64,000 bases of DNA, taken from Camelus ferus. Its lineage: Eukaryota. This document shows, piece by piece, positions 45,121 to 57,718 of the stretch (positions are counted from its first letter, which is position 1; each line of letters begins with the position of its first letter). Location: NCBI RefSeq assembly GCF_009834535.1, contig NC_045728.1, forward strand, positions 2,790,001 through 2,854,000, read 5' to 3'. Made by a program: the position numbers and the translations under genes. The notes beneath the pieces are model-generated. The model ran no database searches and had not been told where the DNA came from. It saw only the letters and a list, made by a program, of their open reading frames with translations.

Positions 45121-46884
45121 CCATCTATCAACACCACCCCCCCGCCATCCATCTCAGGTAGGGGTCAAAGGATGCTCAGGCCTGCGTACCTCACTGACAG
45201 GTCAGCACAACCAGCTATCTGAGGAATAAATGGAGGGAAATTCAGCTTCCCCGAGAACTCAGCTAACAATGACTCAGACCTCAAAAACTGTCCTTTGGAA
45301 CAAGTGCATTGGCCAACAAACTCCTTTAGAGAGGAGTATTTATACTAGCAGAGATGTTGCTAGCCGAGGTCAATACGGGAGACACTCAACTGGAATCCAG
45401 ATTATATCAAACCAAGGGGGTTGAACCCGGCAAGGATTAGCTTCCGTTCCTTAGTGACAAGAAGCCGCAAGCCTGCTCTTTCCCTCGCTCTCTACTGCAA
45501 TGAAAAGATAGTTCTCACTACACGTGGTGAGCTCTGTCACACTGACGTCCTTTTGTCACCTTCACAAAGCTCCACGGCCGGAATCTCTCCGGCCTTTGTT
45601 ACATAGCACTGCCAGGCCCCTGAGGTCAGATCCCTCCCGATGGCCGGAGTGGAGATGCTGGCCCCAGCGACGGCAGGAGCACACGTGCCCTTCTCTTCCG
45701 CGCAGGATGTCGTCTTAGCGAGACTCGGTTCTCTCCAGGCGGATCCCACGTTGAAATGTCATTTGGTTGCAAGGCTGTTTCAGGGAGACCCCATCTCTTG
45801 CCTCCAAGACTCCTTCCCTGACCTCAGACTGCACCGTGCTCCCCTGTCCCTCTCTGCCCCTGCGTGGACTCGACGGTGACACGGACAGGATTTCACTGTT
45901 AGGATGGGTAGACACACCAGGCTCCCTGGTCACATGATGATACATTTATGGTCATTGGCTCCAACTCTGGCTACTGGAACAAATCCAGCCTAGTCTTCAC
46001 GTTAACTTTATGCTGCCTGTACAGCCAAACCCACGTTTAAGAGCTGGGGCACCCCCTGCCCAGCCCTGGCAGGTCCACCAGCTTGACCTCTTCGCCACGG
46101 TCTTCCCAGGCAGGTGGAGCAGACAGTTTGGATGCGGCGTGAGTTTCCTGTAGGACAGTCATGGGAAACGGGGCTATAAAAGCAGACTGGGGTCAGTCCG
46201 GGGAGGAGAGGGCAAAAAGCATCCTTCCTCGGCTTGGCAGCCCTGCCCCCCGCAGCTCTGCTCCGCGTTTCATTTACTGGATGGGAAGCAACTCCATTAA
46301 ACTTCAAAGCATCACTTGAGAGAGGATTATTTTCTTACCAAGGTGACTGGAGGTATTTCGGTTCTAAGACTTTATGATCACATTGTCTCCCAGGCAGCTT
46401 GACAGCGTCTTACGACTCTGACACTGGAGGGATTTATTCACTCGAAGCGCGGCACTAAATCCTTGGCAGGCACTGTATGTAAAACTGGCTTTATAAATAA
46501 ACACCACGTTGTCCTTCTGTTTCCTTTCTTCGGAGAATCCGTGAGCCCCGCCATCTCATCATGCAGTGAGCCTCCTGCGCCCCCCCCCCCCCAGCGGAAG
46601 GTAGACGTTTTCCCTGCTGGGTTTTGGAAGCTTCCTCCCCTGCAGGATTGGGACGATAACATTCACGCCTCTTTCCCTCCAGAGACGCGGAGAAATCTGC
46701 GTGGGTAATAGGTAGAGTCAGTCCCCTTGCAGGTCTCGAGGGAGAAGGGAGGATCCTTTGTCCTAAACGCCACCACTGTGCCCCCAAACCTCCCTCTGCT
46801 CCCTAACGCAGCACAAATGTCTACACCCGGCAAAGAAACCGCTGGGGTAGAAGAAAGCGGAGCTTCCTTACTCCTCCAGACAAG

Positions 46885-47025
46885 GCCACCTACCTCTGCT
46901 TGAATCCTGCTGGTGACGGGGATCTCACTGCCTCACAAGGCAGCCAGTCCCATGAGGCAGCTCCCTTTTTCACCGAAGCTAAAATCTCCCTCCTTCTAAC
47001 TTGCCTTTGGGGCCCTGCCATGACC
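46885..47025 (+). mobile_element. CR1/L3 relic
   Basis: 'ctgcttgaatcctgctggtgacggggatctcactgcctcacaaggcagcc...gaagctaaaatctccctccttctaactt' follows the CR1 3' region. Confidence 0.7.
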
Positions 47026-47504
47026 CTCTGGAGTGGCTCCAAGCAAGCGTTACTGCTCCTCCACACGGCAGCCCCTCAGGTATCTGGAGGCAGGCGCCAT
47101 CACTACGTCTTGCTATTTCCGTCGCCCGCGTGCACCGGTGGCAGACCTTGGCAAGGAGGAAAAATGGTTCTCAGTGGCTTGTCATATTTCCATTTCTTAA
47201 GGAAGAAATAAACATGGAGCAACTTGTCAGCCACTTACTCTCCTATTTTTTCAGGTAGAATAAATGCTATTTTCAGCCCTGAATCTACCTTCGTTAACTC
47301 TTCGGTGCCAGGAAGCCCCTGAATTTGGTTGTGCTCGGAAGCTTCTGCTGACCAGGCTCCTGGAAACTGCCGCTGGCTCTCCCCTCTGTGCTTCTGAGAT
47401 ACTCTGTTTAAATGACTGCATTGTTTTGTTTCGGTTCATTGATACCCAGGCCTGCCTTTCCAGCCTTTAAAAGTCCCAAGCACGGCCCATATTTCAGTCT
47501 TGGT

Positions 47505-47580
47505 GGCATCTCCGATGCCTAGCAGAGTGCCTAGAACGAGGTAGCAACCAAATAAATGTTTGCTGCTGAACGAATGCTGT
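47505..47580 (+). mobile_element. L2 3' tail
   Basis: 'atctccgatgcctagcagagtgcctagaac...aataaatgtttgctgctgaacgaatg'. Confidence 0.75.
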
Positions 47581-47699
47581 CAATACATCATAATAAAGAG
47601 GGTTGTCAAGATTTCTTCAGTGCCTTAAATTATTGGGAATCTGTTACTTTACAAAGTTGGTTTATTATTTCTCCTGTCAGCTCCAGGTTCCAAAAATAT

Positions 47700-47960
47700 G
47701 GAGCACGTGTACAAATGTGGAAGCAACTTTGTATATATATACCCCATAAAGAAGATCTATGCCAGCNNNNNNNNNNNNNNNNNNNNNNNNNNNNNNNNNN
47801 NNNNNNNNNNNNNNNNNNNNNNNNNNNNNNNNNNNNNNNNNNNNNNNNNNNNNNNNNNNNNNNNNNNNNNNNNNNNNNNNNNNNNNNNNNNNNNNNNNNN
47901 NNNNNNNNNNNNNNNNNNNNNNNNNNNNNNTACATAAATAATCCTGACTGGATATGCACT
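47700..47960 (+). mobile_element. Probable old L1 fragment, mostly covered by N-run 47767-47930
   Basis: Flanks 'gaagatctatgccagc' and 'tacataaataatcctgactggat' weakly fit the L1 ORF2 end. Confidence 0.4.
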
Positions 47961-47975
47961 TTTCTTTTTCAATTC

Positions 47976-47976
<1 letters not shown>

Positions 47977-48020
<44 letters not shown>
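47977..48020. repeat. Perfect (TG)22 microsatellite
   Basis: 44 bp of uninterrupted TG. Confidence 0.97.
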
Positions 48021-48022
<2 letters not shown>

Positions 48023-48259
48023 ATGGGAGAGTGAGTGATGTTTTTCATCTAAAGCTGACGTTAGCCATGGTGCTCACTCTTCTCTCCTGCTTCTCCAGTG
48101 TCTTAGGAGATTGTTAGGTTGTCTTCAAACAGGCCTCATACCACCTGTGAGGGCACTGGCAGGAAGGGGGCTGCTGATGACACGTGTAGCCGGGGACCCC
48201 CAGACAGCACAAGAGCGTGAACAAGCCTGGTAGCGTCCGGGAAAGGGAGTGAGAAGTAA

Positions 48260-48890
48260 CCACGTCCAGGATGCAGTTCAAAGGTCGAGCCTGGATAGTC
48301 TGCTGATAGCTGGGGGTGTGGAGTATGAAAAAGTCAAGGAGGACAGCAAGCGTTTTGGTCTGAATTGCTGGATAAACAGGAGAGAAGCAGGTTTAGAGGA
48401 GGGGCAGGAATCAAAAATTCGGTTTTGAATTTGTTGGTTCTCAAATGATCTATCCAACATCCAAGCGGAGATGGCTGGACACGCCTGTCTGGAGGGAAAC
48501 AAAGAGGATGGGGCTGGAGACAGAAAGCGTCAGTGAATCGCTGGTGTTCAAAGGCAGGGGGCTGATGAGATGGCTCAGGGCACGTTTAGACAGGACAGAG
48601 GTGTCAAAACTGAGCCCTGCGCCTCCCCGTCCCAGAGAGGTCAGGAGAAACTAGGGGTGGACCCTGAGGAGTGGACGGTGGGACAGAGATTTTCAGTGTC
48701 TCTGAAACCAAGTGAAGAAAGCTCTCCAGGAGGAGGGAGCAAGCAAACTGGGCGATGCGGCTGAGAAGTCAGGTCGGAGGGAACGGGAGACGCCTCGGCA
48801 GAACAAGCCCGCTAGTGTGGTGGAGGGAGCAGTGTTCACTGGTTTGAGATCAGGAAAAATGTGGAGATGAAAACATGGAAAAGCAGAGGC
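48260..48890 (-). mobile_element. L2, long fragment
   Basis: 'gaaaaagtcaaggaggacagcaagcgttttggtctga...gagaagcaggtttagagg...aatcaaaaattcggttttgaa...catccaagcggagatg...gggctggagac...gaaaccaagtgaagaaa'. Confidence 0.85.
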
Positions 48891-50309
48891 TGGAAGGCCA
48901 GGGCCAGGAGCGTGACGCAGAGGTCAGAAGCCCGAGGCGCTGAGGAGCCAGGCTCCCGAGCACCCCGGCAGGAGGGCAAGCAGCCCACACTGGCAGGGCG
49001 GCTGCAGAGGGAGCAGGCGAGGAGGCAGGGCACGTGGTGCAGATGCGGGCATCGCGATGGGGTCAGGTGCTGGGGTGTTTCTGACGGTGCCTGTTGTCTC
49101 TGCGCGGCGAAGTTCAGGGATTGTCTGAGAGCAGGAGAGTCTCAGAACCTTGAGGTGAGAAGTGAAACTGAGACGGTTAGGTGGGTGGCGGAGAGGGGCT
49201 GGACTAACGCAGAGGGCAGCGCTGGCCAGCTGCGCTCAAGACCCCTTGGATATTTTTGGCCTCCATTTAAAGGGAACTCGGGGCCGCCTGTGCAGGAGGC
49301 GGGGAGAAGTGTTACTGAGGCTCCCCCTCAGGAGAGAGCTTGCCGTCGGCTGGGGGAGGGCAGCCTCCGACCAGCTCGCTGGTGCAGAGCTTTCGGGATC
49401 TGATGGCGCATCCAGGCCAGAGCCATGCTGCTCCCCGCAGCACCCAGCCCGCGGCCGAGGGAGGCGGGAGCCCTCCTGCAGCCGCCCCGCGGGCTGTCGT
49501 TGCACCAGGGCCCCTCCTTGGGTCGGCCAAGACCTCAGGGCCTCAGCAGAGCCTCAGGCCCTCCTGACTGTCTCCCAGGGATCCGACTTGCCTCCCATCC
49601 TGAAAGCTCCCCCCGCCTCCCCCAGCCCCCTCCGCCACAGCATCCTTCAGAGCGTCCCCCACCCACCCACCTCAAGCTCCATGGTGGCATCTGCTCTGGA
49701 CGACTCCCGCTAGCACCACCTGGCCGGGGTCTGCTTCTCCAGCCAGCTCTGTGCCGCCCGTCGTGGTCCACACACGAAGCAGCAGAGGCCTGGCTCCTCC
49801 AGTGAGCATGAAGGCGGACGGTGGGGCAAGGGGACGGCGGCCCCGACACTCGCAGATCCATCTCCGAACTCGGAACCGCACGGGTTAAGAGCAGTGAGAC
49901 CTGAGAATCGTCCCGGCCCCTGCGCGCTGGGAGAGTCGGGCCTCGTGCGGGGGCCAGCTTGTCCCTGCTTCTCTCTCACAGCCCTCCAGTGGGTCACCCT
50001 CTCTTTCTTTAGAGACCACCCCTGGGGAGCAGAGAGGGGGGCACCTGGAGCCTGGGTCACAACCCCCAGGTGCTCACATGACACACCCTCCTTGTACCTG
50101 GGACGCTGCACCCACTGTTCACCTCTCTGGCTCTTAAACCACAGGTGAGGCTCATACACGACGAAACCAGGACCCAGAGAGAAGCCCTGCTGCTAACAGG
50201 TGGCGGGGGCAGGGTCTGGACCCGCCTCCGCCTCCAAGTCTTCAGAGCCTGGGCTCTTTCCCTAAGACCACATGGTTGGTGCTTTTAGATACAACTTACA
50301 CATCAGAGC

Positions 50310-50410
50310 TACTAATTAATTTAATCTTATGTACACAGAGTTCTTACGGTATGCAAATGTGTATGTAAATGATTATTTTAATTTGTACAAACAAAGATGC
50401 AAATGTATCC
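50310..50410. promoter_or_regulatory. Octamer (POU) / SOX / homeodomain motif cluster
   Basis: ATGCAAAT at 50351-50358 and 50397-50404, ATGTAAAT at 50363-50370, AACAAAG at 50390-50396, TAATTAAT at 50313-50320. Confidence 0.5.
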
Positions 50411-53224
50411 TCAGGTTTACAGAAAGCTGGGAAAATAGCGTTACCTCAGCTGACCCACGCTCGGGGCTCCAGCAAACCAGAGTCGTTCTAACGTAAGTAG
50501 AGCCCCAGCACTCACCTGAGAGCTGTTTCTTCAGAGCTTAAAACACGGAGCCTCTGGCCCCCCACCAGGGGTATTTCAGACCCCTCATGGTGTTCTTCGG
50601 GGATGAGATAAATGTGAAAAAAACAAAAACCTCCCTGGAATTTTCTCTCTCCAAGTAAGAAAAACAGAGCCTACGGCAGAGTCCCATCCATCCGGACTCA
50701 GGCCTGACCCAGCTGCGGCCTCTGCCAGTCGGGTGAAAGAAATCACACACCTACCTGAGCTCAGAGCACCCAGCGCTCACTCTCTCCGCTCTCGCCTCCC
50801 CTAGGCAGAGGCGTTTCCTGAGCAGGCGGTGTGACCTGAGAGGTGCTGGGAAAACTGACTGCCTGCCCTCCGCCCCGCCCAGGCCTCTGGCGTCTGGGGG
50901 CTGAAGTCCTCCAAAGCTTAGGAACCTCCATGGAGATGTGGGTCCCCTGGGGCTCATCCGCCACTGTCACCTAACACTTGACTCAGATGAAAATGCTGCT
51001 GGAGACGTGGGTCAGAGTGAGGCGGAGGGGAGCCGGGTGGGCGAGGTGAAGGTAAGGTGTTAGACGGAGTCGGGTAGAAACGGGAAAAGGAACCCTAAAC
51101 AGGACAGTGGGTGGGCTAAGAGGCAGACGCAGCCTGGAGCAGTGACCTCCCCAAGGACACGAGCCTGCTCTGATGGCACTTTGCGGGCTGGGGTCACTGG
51201 CTTCCACAGCCACTTCCCCCTCACAGGTGCTGTGCTCCAGCACACCCAGTATTTGCTCAAGTTCCTCAACCAGCTCCCTTCCTTGCTCTGAACCTCTGTT
51301 CACACAGGCCCTTCGCGGCCCCACGTCTGCCCGGCCTCCAGCTGCCAGCTACCCTCGCTCCGGCACCGCGCGCCTCCTCGCCCGGCTCAGGTGGGATCTG
51401 CGCCCTGGGCAACCCCAGCACTCTCTGTGAAGTCCCGGGGGACACTGACCCTGTTTTACTCAGATGTCCAGCATCTAGCTCACTGTCTTAAACAAACAGC
51501 TTTAATAAATATTCGAATGACCCAGTGAAACTCCATTACCGAGTGTAGCACGGTGTCCAATGGCTGTTAGGCCGTCTGTCCCCGGCCCCCCACTAGGACT
51601 TGTGTCCATCCGTTCCTGGATCCCCAGCAGCTCAGCACAGCGCCTGGTGCATAGGGGCTGCTCTAAAAACAGTTCTGGAGGCAATTCATTCACTTAGGCA
51701 AATGCTGCATTGTTGAAAGGGTGGGAACGGCTTCTGCTCCCTGCACCGCGGGCTGCAGTTCCTCCTGGAAGCCTGCAGGAAGCCACGCTGGCTGTGCCCG
51801 ACGCGCCCCCGGGAGCCATCCCTCGCCGGGCCCTGCACCCAGTTAGCCGTGCAGCCCGGCGCCCGGCTTGGTTATCCGGAGGCAGGCTCACGGCCCTCCC
51901 CCAGCGCCTCTTCCCTCCTCCCCGCTGCTCCGGGAGTGCAGGTGCGGCCGGCCGGACTCACTCTGACACTCATTACTCTGGTATTGACGGCCTTCACCCC
52001 CCTGTTATTCTGCGAAGATTAGAAAGCAGAGACCGTTCTTGGGCAAGGGAATGGGTTTTGTCAGTATTCCAGGTGTAGCAGCAGAAAGCATAATAAATTC
52101 TGGCAGTCAATCGCATATGACATGGTAATGAATGTTAACATCGTATGCCCCCTTTGCCAACGGGGGGGGGGGTCATGTTAGATTACAGCTAAGCACAGGC
52201 GCGGGGTGACTTCTATCTGCCTCCCTTTCTCTCTCCTCCGTTTGCAGGTTTGACCTCGGTGCTTGCACCACCCCTCCATCCCTGGCTTCATCAACCCGCG
52301 TTGCTCAAAAACGCTTCAATTCCCAGAGCTCCGCAGCCCACCCGTGAGGACCCTGACCTGTGATGGAACTTCCCTCCCCCGAACTTAACAGTGACCACCC
52401 CCCCCACCCCCCGGAGCAGGGCAGCCCCGGACTCTGAGGCGGACCCAGCAGGATAACAAATCAGGAGGGCGCTGTGCGGTGAATCCCAAGCGCGGAGCCA
52501 GCTTCCTGCAAGTCAAGAGGCGAGACTCCACTCCTCCCCACACGAGGCCAAGACAAAACCAGAGCCAAGCACCTGCTCCTGGCCCGAGTGCTCCCCCAAA
52601 CTACTTGGTTTCCGATGCTTTGCCTACTATTTTGAATTTAAAAAATTCAGATTCTCATAATAGAATTCCCAGAATCAGCATTTGCTCAGTTGCATTATTA
52701 TGAATAAAGGTAATAGCAACCATTAGCGTTTAAAAAAAGGAAGCCACAGGGATTTTTGTTTGTTTGTTTTTTAGAGAAAATTCTCAACTCGACCGGCCAG
52801 TCTGAACCTGCCCTCCTTGCTCAGCCAAAACATGTGATAACTGGCCTTTTATCGGGGGGCTAAGGGTAACCTTCCACTAACGGTGACTATTAACAAGCCA
52901 TGGTGGACGTCAGGCACTGTCATCCGGTCCGTCTGCACACACACACTTGCCGTGTGGAACAGGGGTTATGCGAGGTATCCGGCTCAGGAAGCTGTAGCCA
53001 CTTACGCTGTGTGTCATGGCCACGAAGTCATGAAGTGTCCGGCTGGGGAACCAGTACCTCCAACCACTCTGCCCATCGAGCACCAGTACAAGGAGCCCCT
53101 GTGGACCACGTGACCGTCCTCTCCCTGGGACACGTCCAGCACTCCCCTGTAGAAATGGATTGAAGGCTCCGAAGGCTTGCTTAAAATGCTTCAGAGACTG
53201 GAAAGGCAGGGAGGATGGCTAATT

Positions 53225-53385
53225 TAATAGTAACTACTATTGTTATTAACATCTGGGTAGTACAGTCTGCAAAACACCTTTGTCTGCATCATTTCATTTG
53301 ATCCCCAAGATTATTACTGTGGGCACTGTTATTGTGCTCACTTTGGAGATGAAGAAACGAATTAACCTAATCTACACTCACAAAT
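53225..53385 (-). mobile_element. MIR
   Basis: 'caaaacacctttgtctgcatcatttcatttgatcccca...ttattgtgctcactttggagatgaagaaac'. Confidence 0.75.
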
Positions 53386-55129
53386 GCCTGATGTTTAAAT
53401 ACAGACCGAAAGCAAGGTCCCCAAACAACTAAATTAAAGTTAACAGCAATAATGAGCCGAGTGTTACTTGGATGTCACTCTTCAGTTTCTAAGTATTTTC
53501 ACCTACATTTTAGTTTTTAACTTAAATTGAACAAATACGCAGAAATGTTCAAATGCATATCTTCAACCCAGTCATCTCTGATCTTGAAATCTTCATGGGG
53601 AAATAAACCAAATCAAGGCATCTCTAACCAACAGTCTATTCCATCTATTCCAACGTACGGTCTTCTGAAGACAGTAAGGGAAGCCGTGTCGGAGGGCGGG
53701 GGCCCTTGAGGCCTCCTCCCCAGGCTGCAGCCCCAGCCCAGGAGGAGGAAACACCCTCCCCACCACCTTCTCTCGGCAGCCTTCCCAGCTTTCCCTGCGG
53801 GGAGGACCAACCGCTCACTTGATCAGTAAGAGACTAAGATCCAAGGGACCTCATTTCAACAGCGGGTGAAGCCACTGCTTTGAAAAGTAATGTGCATCTG
53901 TGAAGCCACGTCCTCTGTGCAGTTCTCCACCTGCCCCTGCTGGACGAGGCTAGACTGCACATCTCCTCCAGGCGAGGAGGAGGAGAGAAAACACCAACAT
54001 TCTGGCATCACGCACACACATCGGGACCTCAACTGTGTGGTTTTAAAACCTTTTCAAGGACTTGAGGGCTGTTTACACTCATGTGGATGCTTACTACAAG
54101 GATGATTATGTGTTATCTGTATAATCAGAAAAAATTAATCAATAGGAGAGGTTTATTGTCAAAGACCCAAGGGTGTAGCAGACCCACCTCAACAGGAGGC
54201 TTCTAAAGTCACCTGAGTGGTGAGCTGAGCCAGTCGAAGGCTATCTGACCTGAAGAATCTGCCAGAAAAACCTCCGTCCACGTTATGCCCGCCCTCCAGG
54301 GAAGACAGCTCAAGGTGCATTAAGCTGCTAACACTGCCTGCCACAGGGCAAGTCTTCAAACGCCAGAATTTAGAAGTAATTCATGAACATGTACCCCAAG
54401 CTCATAAGATCATTTGGGTATTTGCCTCAAGGTGCAGACAGGAGGGCCAGCTGTCTCCCGTCCTGCCTGCCCTTACCTCCTTGGTCCACTGCAGACGCTA
54501 GACACGAGCCAGCCCCGGGCTGAACAAGAAATGGCTGGGCTGCGGGCCAGGCGCTATGCTGGACGTATTCAAATTGCATTGCTTTAATTCTCAATATGTA
54601 AATCTTGTGGTTTGTACAGAGTTCTATGATCTTAAAGAATCCCTTCCTCCTCCTCCCACTGTGCCCCCTTCCACCATTAGAATTGCCTTTTCTTTCGGCC
54701 TCTGCCGCCCTGGTGGTTTCCGTCGTCCTCCCCTGAGCTGGGAGGGGTGCTGGAGGGCATCTAACTCAGCCCCTCATGCTATTCTATACTTTGTAAACTG
54801 CAAAAAGAATTATACACATTTTAGGCATTGTTATTTTCGGCTGTTAGTTAAACATCTTTCCAAAAAGTATTTGCATTTTAAAAGCGGTTTTAACCTGGTG
54901 AGAACCCTGGAGGTAAGACTCTCTCCAGCACTGCTGGCAGGAAAGTGAAGGGTGACGATGACAAAATCTATTAAGATTCAAATTGCAGACCCATTTGGCC
55001 CCTGAGATCGCACTCTGAGCACCTCCCCGCGTCAGAGCGTGTGCACTGGGTGGTCACCGTGGCAGAGTCTGCAATGACTACACGGGGGAGCAAACTCAAC
55101 AGGGGAGATGGTTAAACACCCCGGAGAAC

Positions 55130-55260
55130 ACACATCATAGAATGTTCTTCAACTAATGAAAAGAATGTGGTCTTGTTCGATCTGTACCTATTGACCCAGA
55201 GGGATTCCTACAGTAGATCATTAAGAGGAAAACCAGTTACAGAGAAATGTACTTACTTGA
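55130..55260 (+). mobile_element. Old L1ME-type fragment
   Basis: 'catcatagaatgttcttcaactaatgaaaagaatgtgg...gatctgtacctattgacccagagggattcc...ttaagaggaaaaccagttacag'. Confidence 0.55.
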
Positions 55261-55399
55261 TTTCGGTTCTGTAGGACTGTATCTAAACTAATCCCCTACA
55301 TGCGTGCTGCGAAAGAGCAAGGGAGGGAGGCAGGAACGGAGGCGGGAGACGGAGAGGAGAGAAGAGAGCAAATGAGTAAGAGTGAGACCTGGGTCACAC

Positions 55400-55650
55400 A
55401 GAGCAGCGGGCGCCCAGCGGCGGACTCTCGGGAGGCTCAGCCCCTGGGAGACTGAATTCAAGACGCCGCCGGGGAAACAGCAAATGTGACAAGCAGCGCA
55501 AGTCCGCCCAGGCGGGCGGCTGCCTCCCCAGCCCCGCCGTCTCCCTGAGGCCACACGCTTACGCGAGGGGTCTGCAGCCGCGCAGGCGCGTCCCCCCTGC
55601 CGCCGCGGCAGGGCAGCGGCGGGGGTCCGGGGGCGAAGCGCACCCATGCC
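55400..55650. promoter_or_regulatory. Small CpG-island-like patch
   Basis: Very GC-rich, dense CpG and GC boxes ('ccgcccaggcgggcgg', 'gccgcgcaggcgcg'). Confidence 0.35.
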
Positions 55651-56434
55651 TTTCGGATTTACCACTGTCTCATTCCTGGCTTCTCCACTAATGTTTAGGA
55701 TGGAGCCTGAAGTGCAAGCCAAGATTGTAAAACCAGAGGCAAGCGATCAAATATTCTCGACAACGGCGTTGCACCCTTCAGAGCACAGAGCTGATGGCCC
55801 CCGGTACAGAATCACCCACGCAGACTGCCGTTTTTAAGGAAGAGTGTTTTGTAATCATAATAAAACACTCCTCCACGGGCAGAGAGCGCTGCTGTCACAC
55901 ACGCCTGGTGGCTGCGCTACTGCCAAGCATCCAGACTCAGGCTCAGGAGGAAACACAGGCAGAGGAGGGTTCAGCGTGTAGTTGAGGGAGCCAGTGTCAG
56001 TTTTCATCAGTCAGGAAGCCCACATGTCGAGAAGAGGGGCAGCTGGGTAACAAGCAGGAGCAACGCTGAATTGTAGAATCTTAGGTGTCCTTGTTACTTC
56101 AAGGCAACAGCGAGCTGAGCAAGGATGTTCCAGCAAAGGGCTGTTCTTACCTCCTCGTTGCCAACTCGTCGGGGAAGCCTTCTCCCTGCCCCCACCTGGA
56201 AGGCGGGTTGCTCGCTCTCTGCGCATCCCTGGTTCTTGGCTTCACCTCTTCTCTGCAGCGACTGCACGGCACTGCCATTCATTACGGGAAGTCTCACTGT
56301 GAGAGCGTCTCCGTCTGGGTGTCAGCCGCCCTCCCTCACCGTGGCTGAGCAGGGGAGAGTCTGGACAAAGGCTGATGGGTGTTGGACGAAACTTCTCCTT
56401 CTGTGTCAGGCTCTCCTCGGGCACAGCGAAGGTT

Positions 56435-56650
56435 AAAAAGCCTGGGCTGGGAGTCGGGACAAGTGAACCCCACTTCCGGCTATACTCTCAGCCTCTCTGT
56501 GATTCGGACCCATCACATGGGCTTCCACTGGGTTCGTCGACCCACCTGTAAAGTGAGCACAGCACAGAATAGTGAGACGGGGGGACACAGTGAGGAGCTG
56601 CTGGGGGAAAATCATAGTCAAGCAGCAGTGGAACATGTGCCCACGGCCTC
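56435..56650 (+). mobile_element. MIR, GC-drifted
   Basis: 'aaaagcctgggctgggagtcgggacaagtgaacccc...ctctgtgattcggaccca...cacctgtaaagtgag'. Confidence 0.6.
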
Positions 56651-56849
56651 GGGGCCGCCCTTCCTTGTGCAACAGCAAACGCCCGCCCTCCGCCGGGAGC
56701 GGCCCAGGCACCGCCTCCACAAGGAAGCCTTGCATGCCTAGCCAAGCACACTTCATACTCACTGCACAACTCCAGGGTCATCGACTCAACTCTTTCTCCG
56801 CTGTACTGGAAGTTCTTTGAGAGAGGGTGGAGAGGGAAGAAACAGCGAA

Positions 56850-56950
56850 TTTTTATCTATGTATCCTCAGGGCCTAATACAGCACCTGGTCCACGGTCAG
56901 CAGCCCATAAAAACAGATGAACACGTAAACGAGTGGATAAACGAGGGAGG
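56850..56950 (+). mobile_element. L2 3' tail
   Basis: 'atctatgtatcctcagggcctaatacagcacctggtccacggtcagcagcccataaa...gagtggataaacgagg'. Confidence 0.75.
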
Positions 56951-57562
56951 GAAAGCAAGAGGGAGCACTTCGTGCCCCAGGCTCGGGTCAGGTTAAGTGC
57001 CTCTGAGCTGATCTCCTGGCAGGGCTGGTGTCTCCAGCCTACTTGCTGATGCATGAAGTCTGAAATGAAAGGGAAATCCTCTAAGGTGTGGGGACTTGAA
57101 ATTGAACCATGATTTCTGTCTTCAGCTGGTCAGTGCTATCAAGCACATTTTATGGGTAAGAAAACCCAGGTGGAAGAGGTGAAAAATTCATCTACGGTCA
57201 TCCTGCAGGAAGTGGCAGATTCACAAGGTGCCGAAGCCAGGGTCTGACAAAATGTCCATGAGGAAAGCATGTCCTGCCCATCTCTACAGAAAACCATGGA
57301 GAGTCAATGTGTACAGAAAAGCTACGGGAAGGAGCGTGGCTCTGGCTGACCGTCAACTGGATGCACCATTACTGCTCCCTCACATCCCACATCCCACCTT
57401 CGACCCTCCAGCAAGACCCGCCCGGCCTGAGCGGGCAGCGGTGTGCAGACTCTCACCCAAGAGCCCACTCACCCACCTCCCCAGCAAGCAGCTATCTAAC
57501 GTGGAACCCCCCTCCCCCACCCCCCGGGGCCACGGGAGGCGGCTGTGCAGCAAACGAATGGA

Positions 57563-57718
57563 NNNNNNNNNNNNNNNNNNNNNNNNNNNNNNNNNNNNNN
57601 NNNNNNNNNNNNNNNNNNNNNNNNNNNNNNNNNNNNNNNNNNNNNNNNNNNNNNNNNNNNNNNNNNNNNNNNNNNNNNNNNNNNNNNNNNNNNNNNNNNN
57701 NNNNNNNNNNNNNNNNNN
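57563..57718. other. N-run (156 nt)
   Basis: Ns seen directly. Left flank 'aaacgaatgga' fits the L1 '...gaatggataaa' junction. Confidence 0.95.

Noticed and set aside
50490-50520. Perfect minus-strand donor CAG|GTGAGT and a plus-strand GTAAGT
   Set aside because: Isolated 9-mers are expected by chance and have no convincing partner site.
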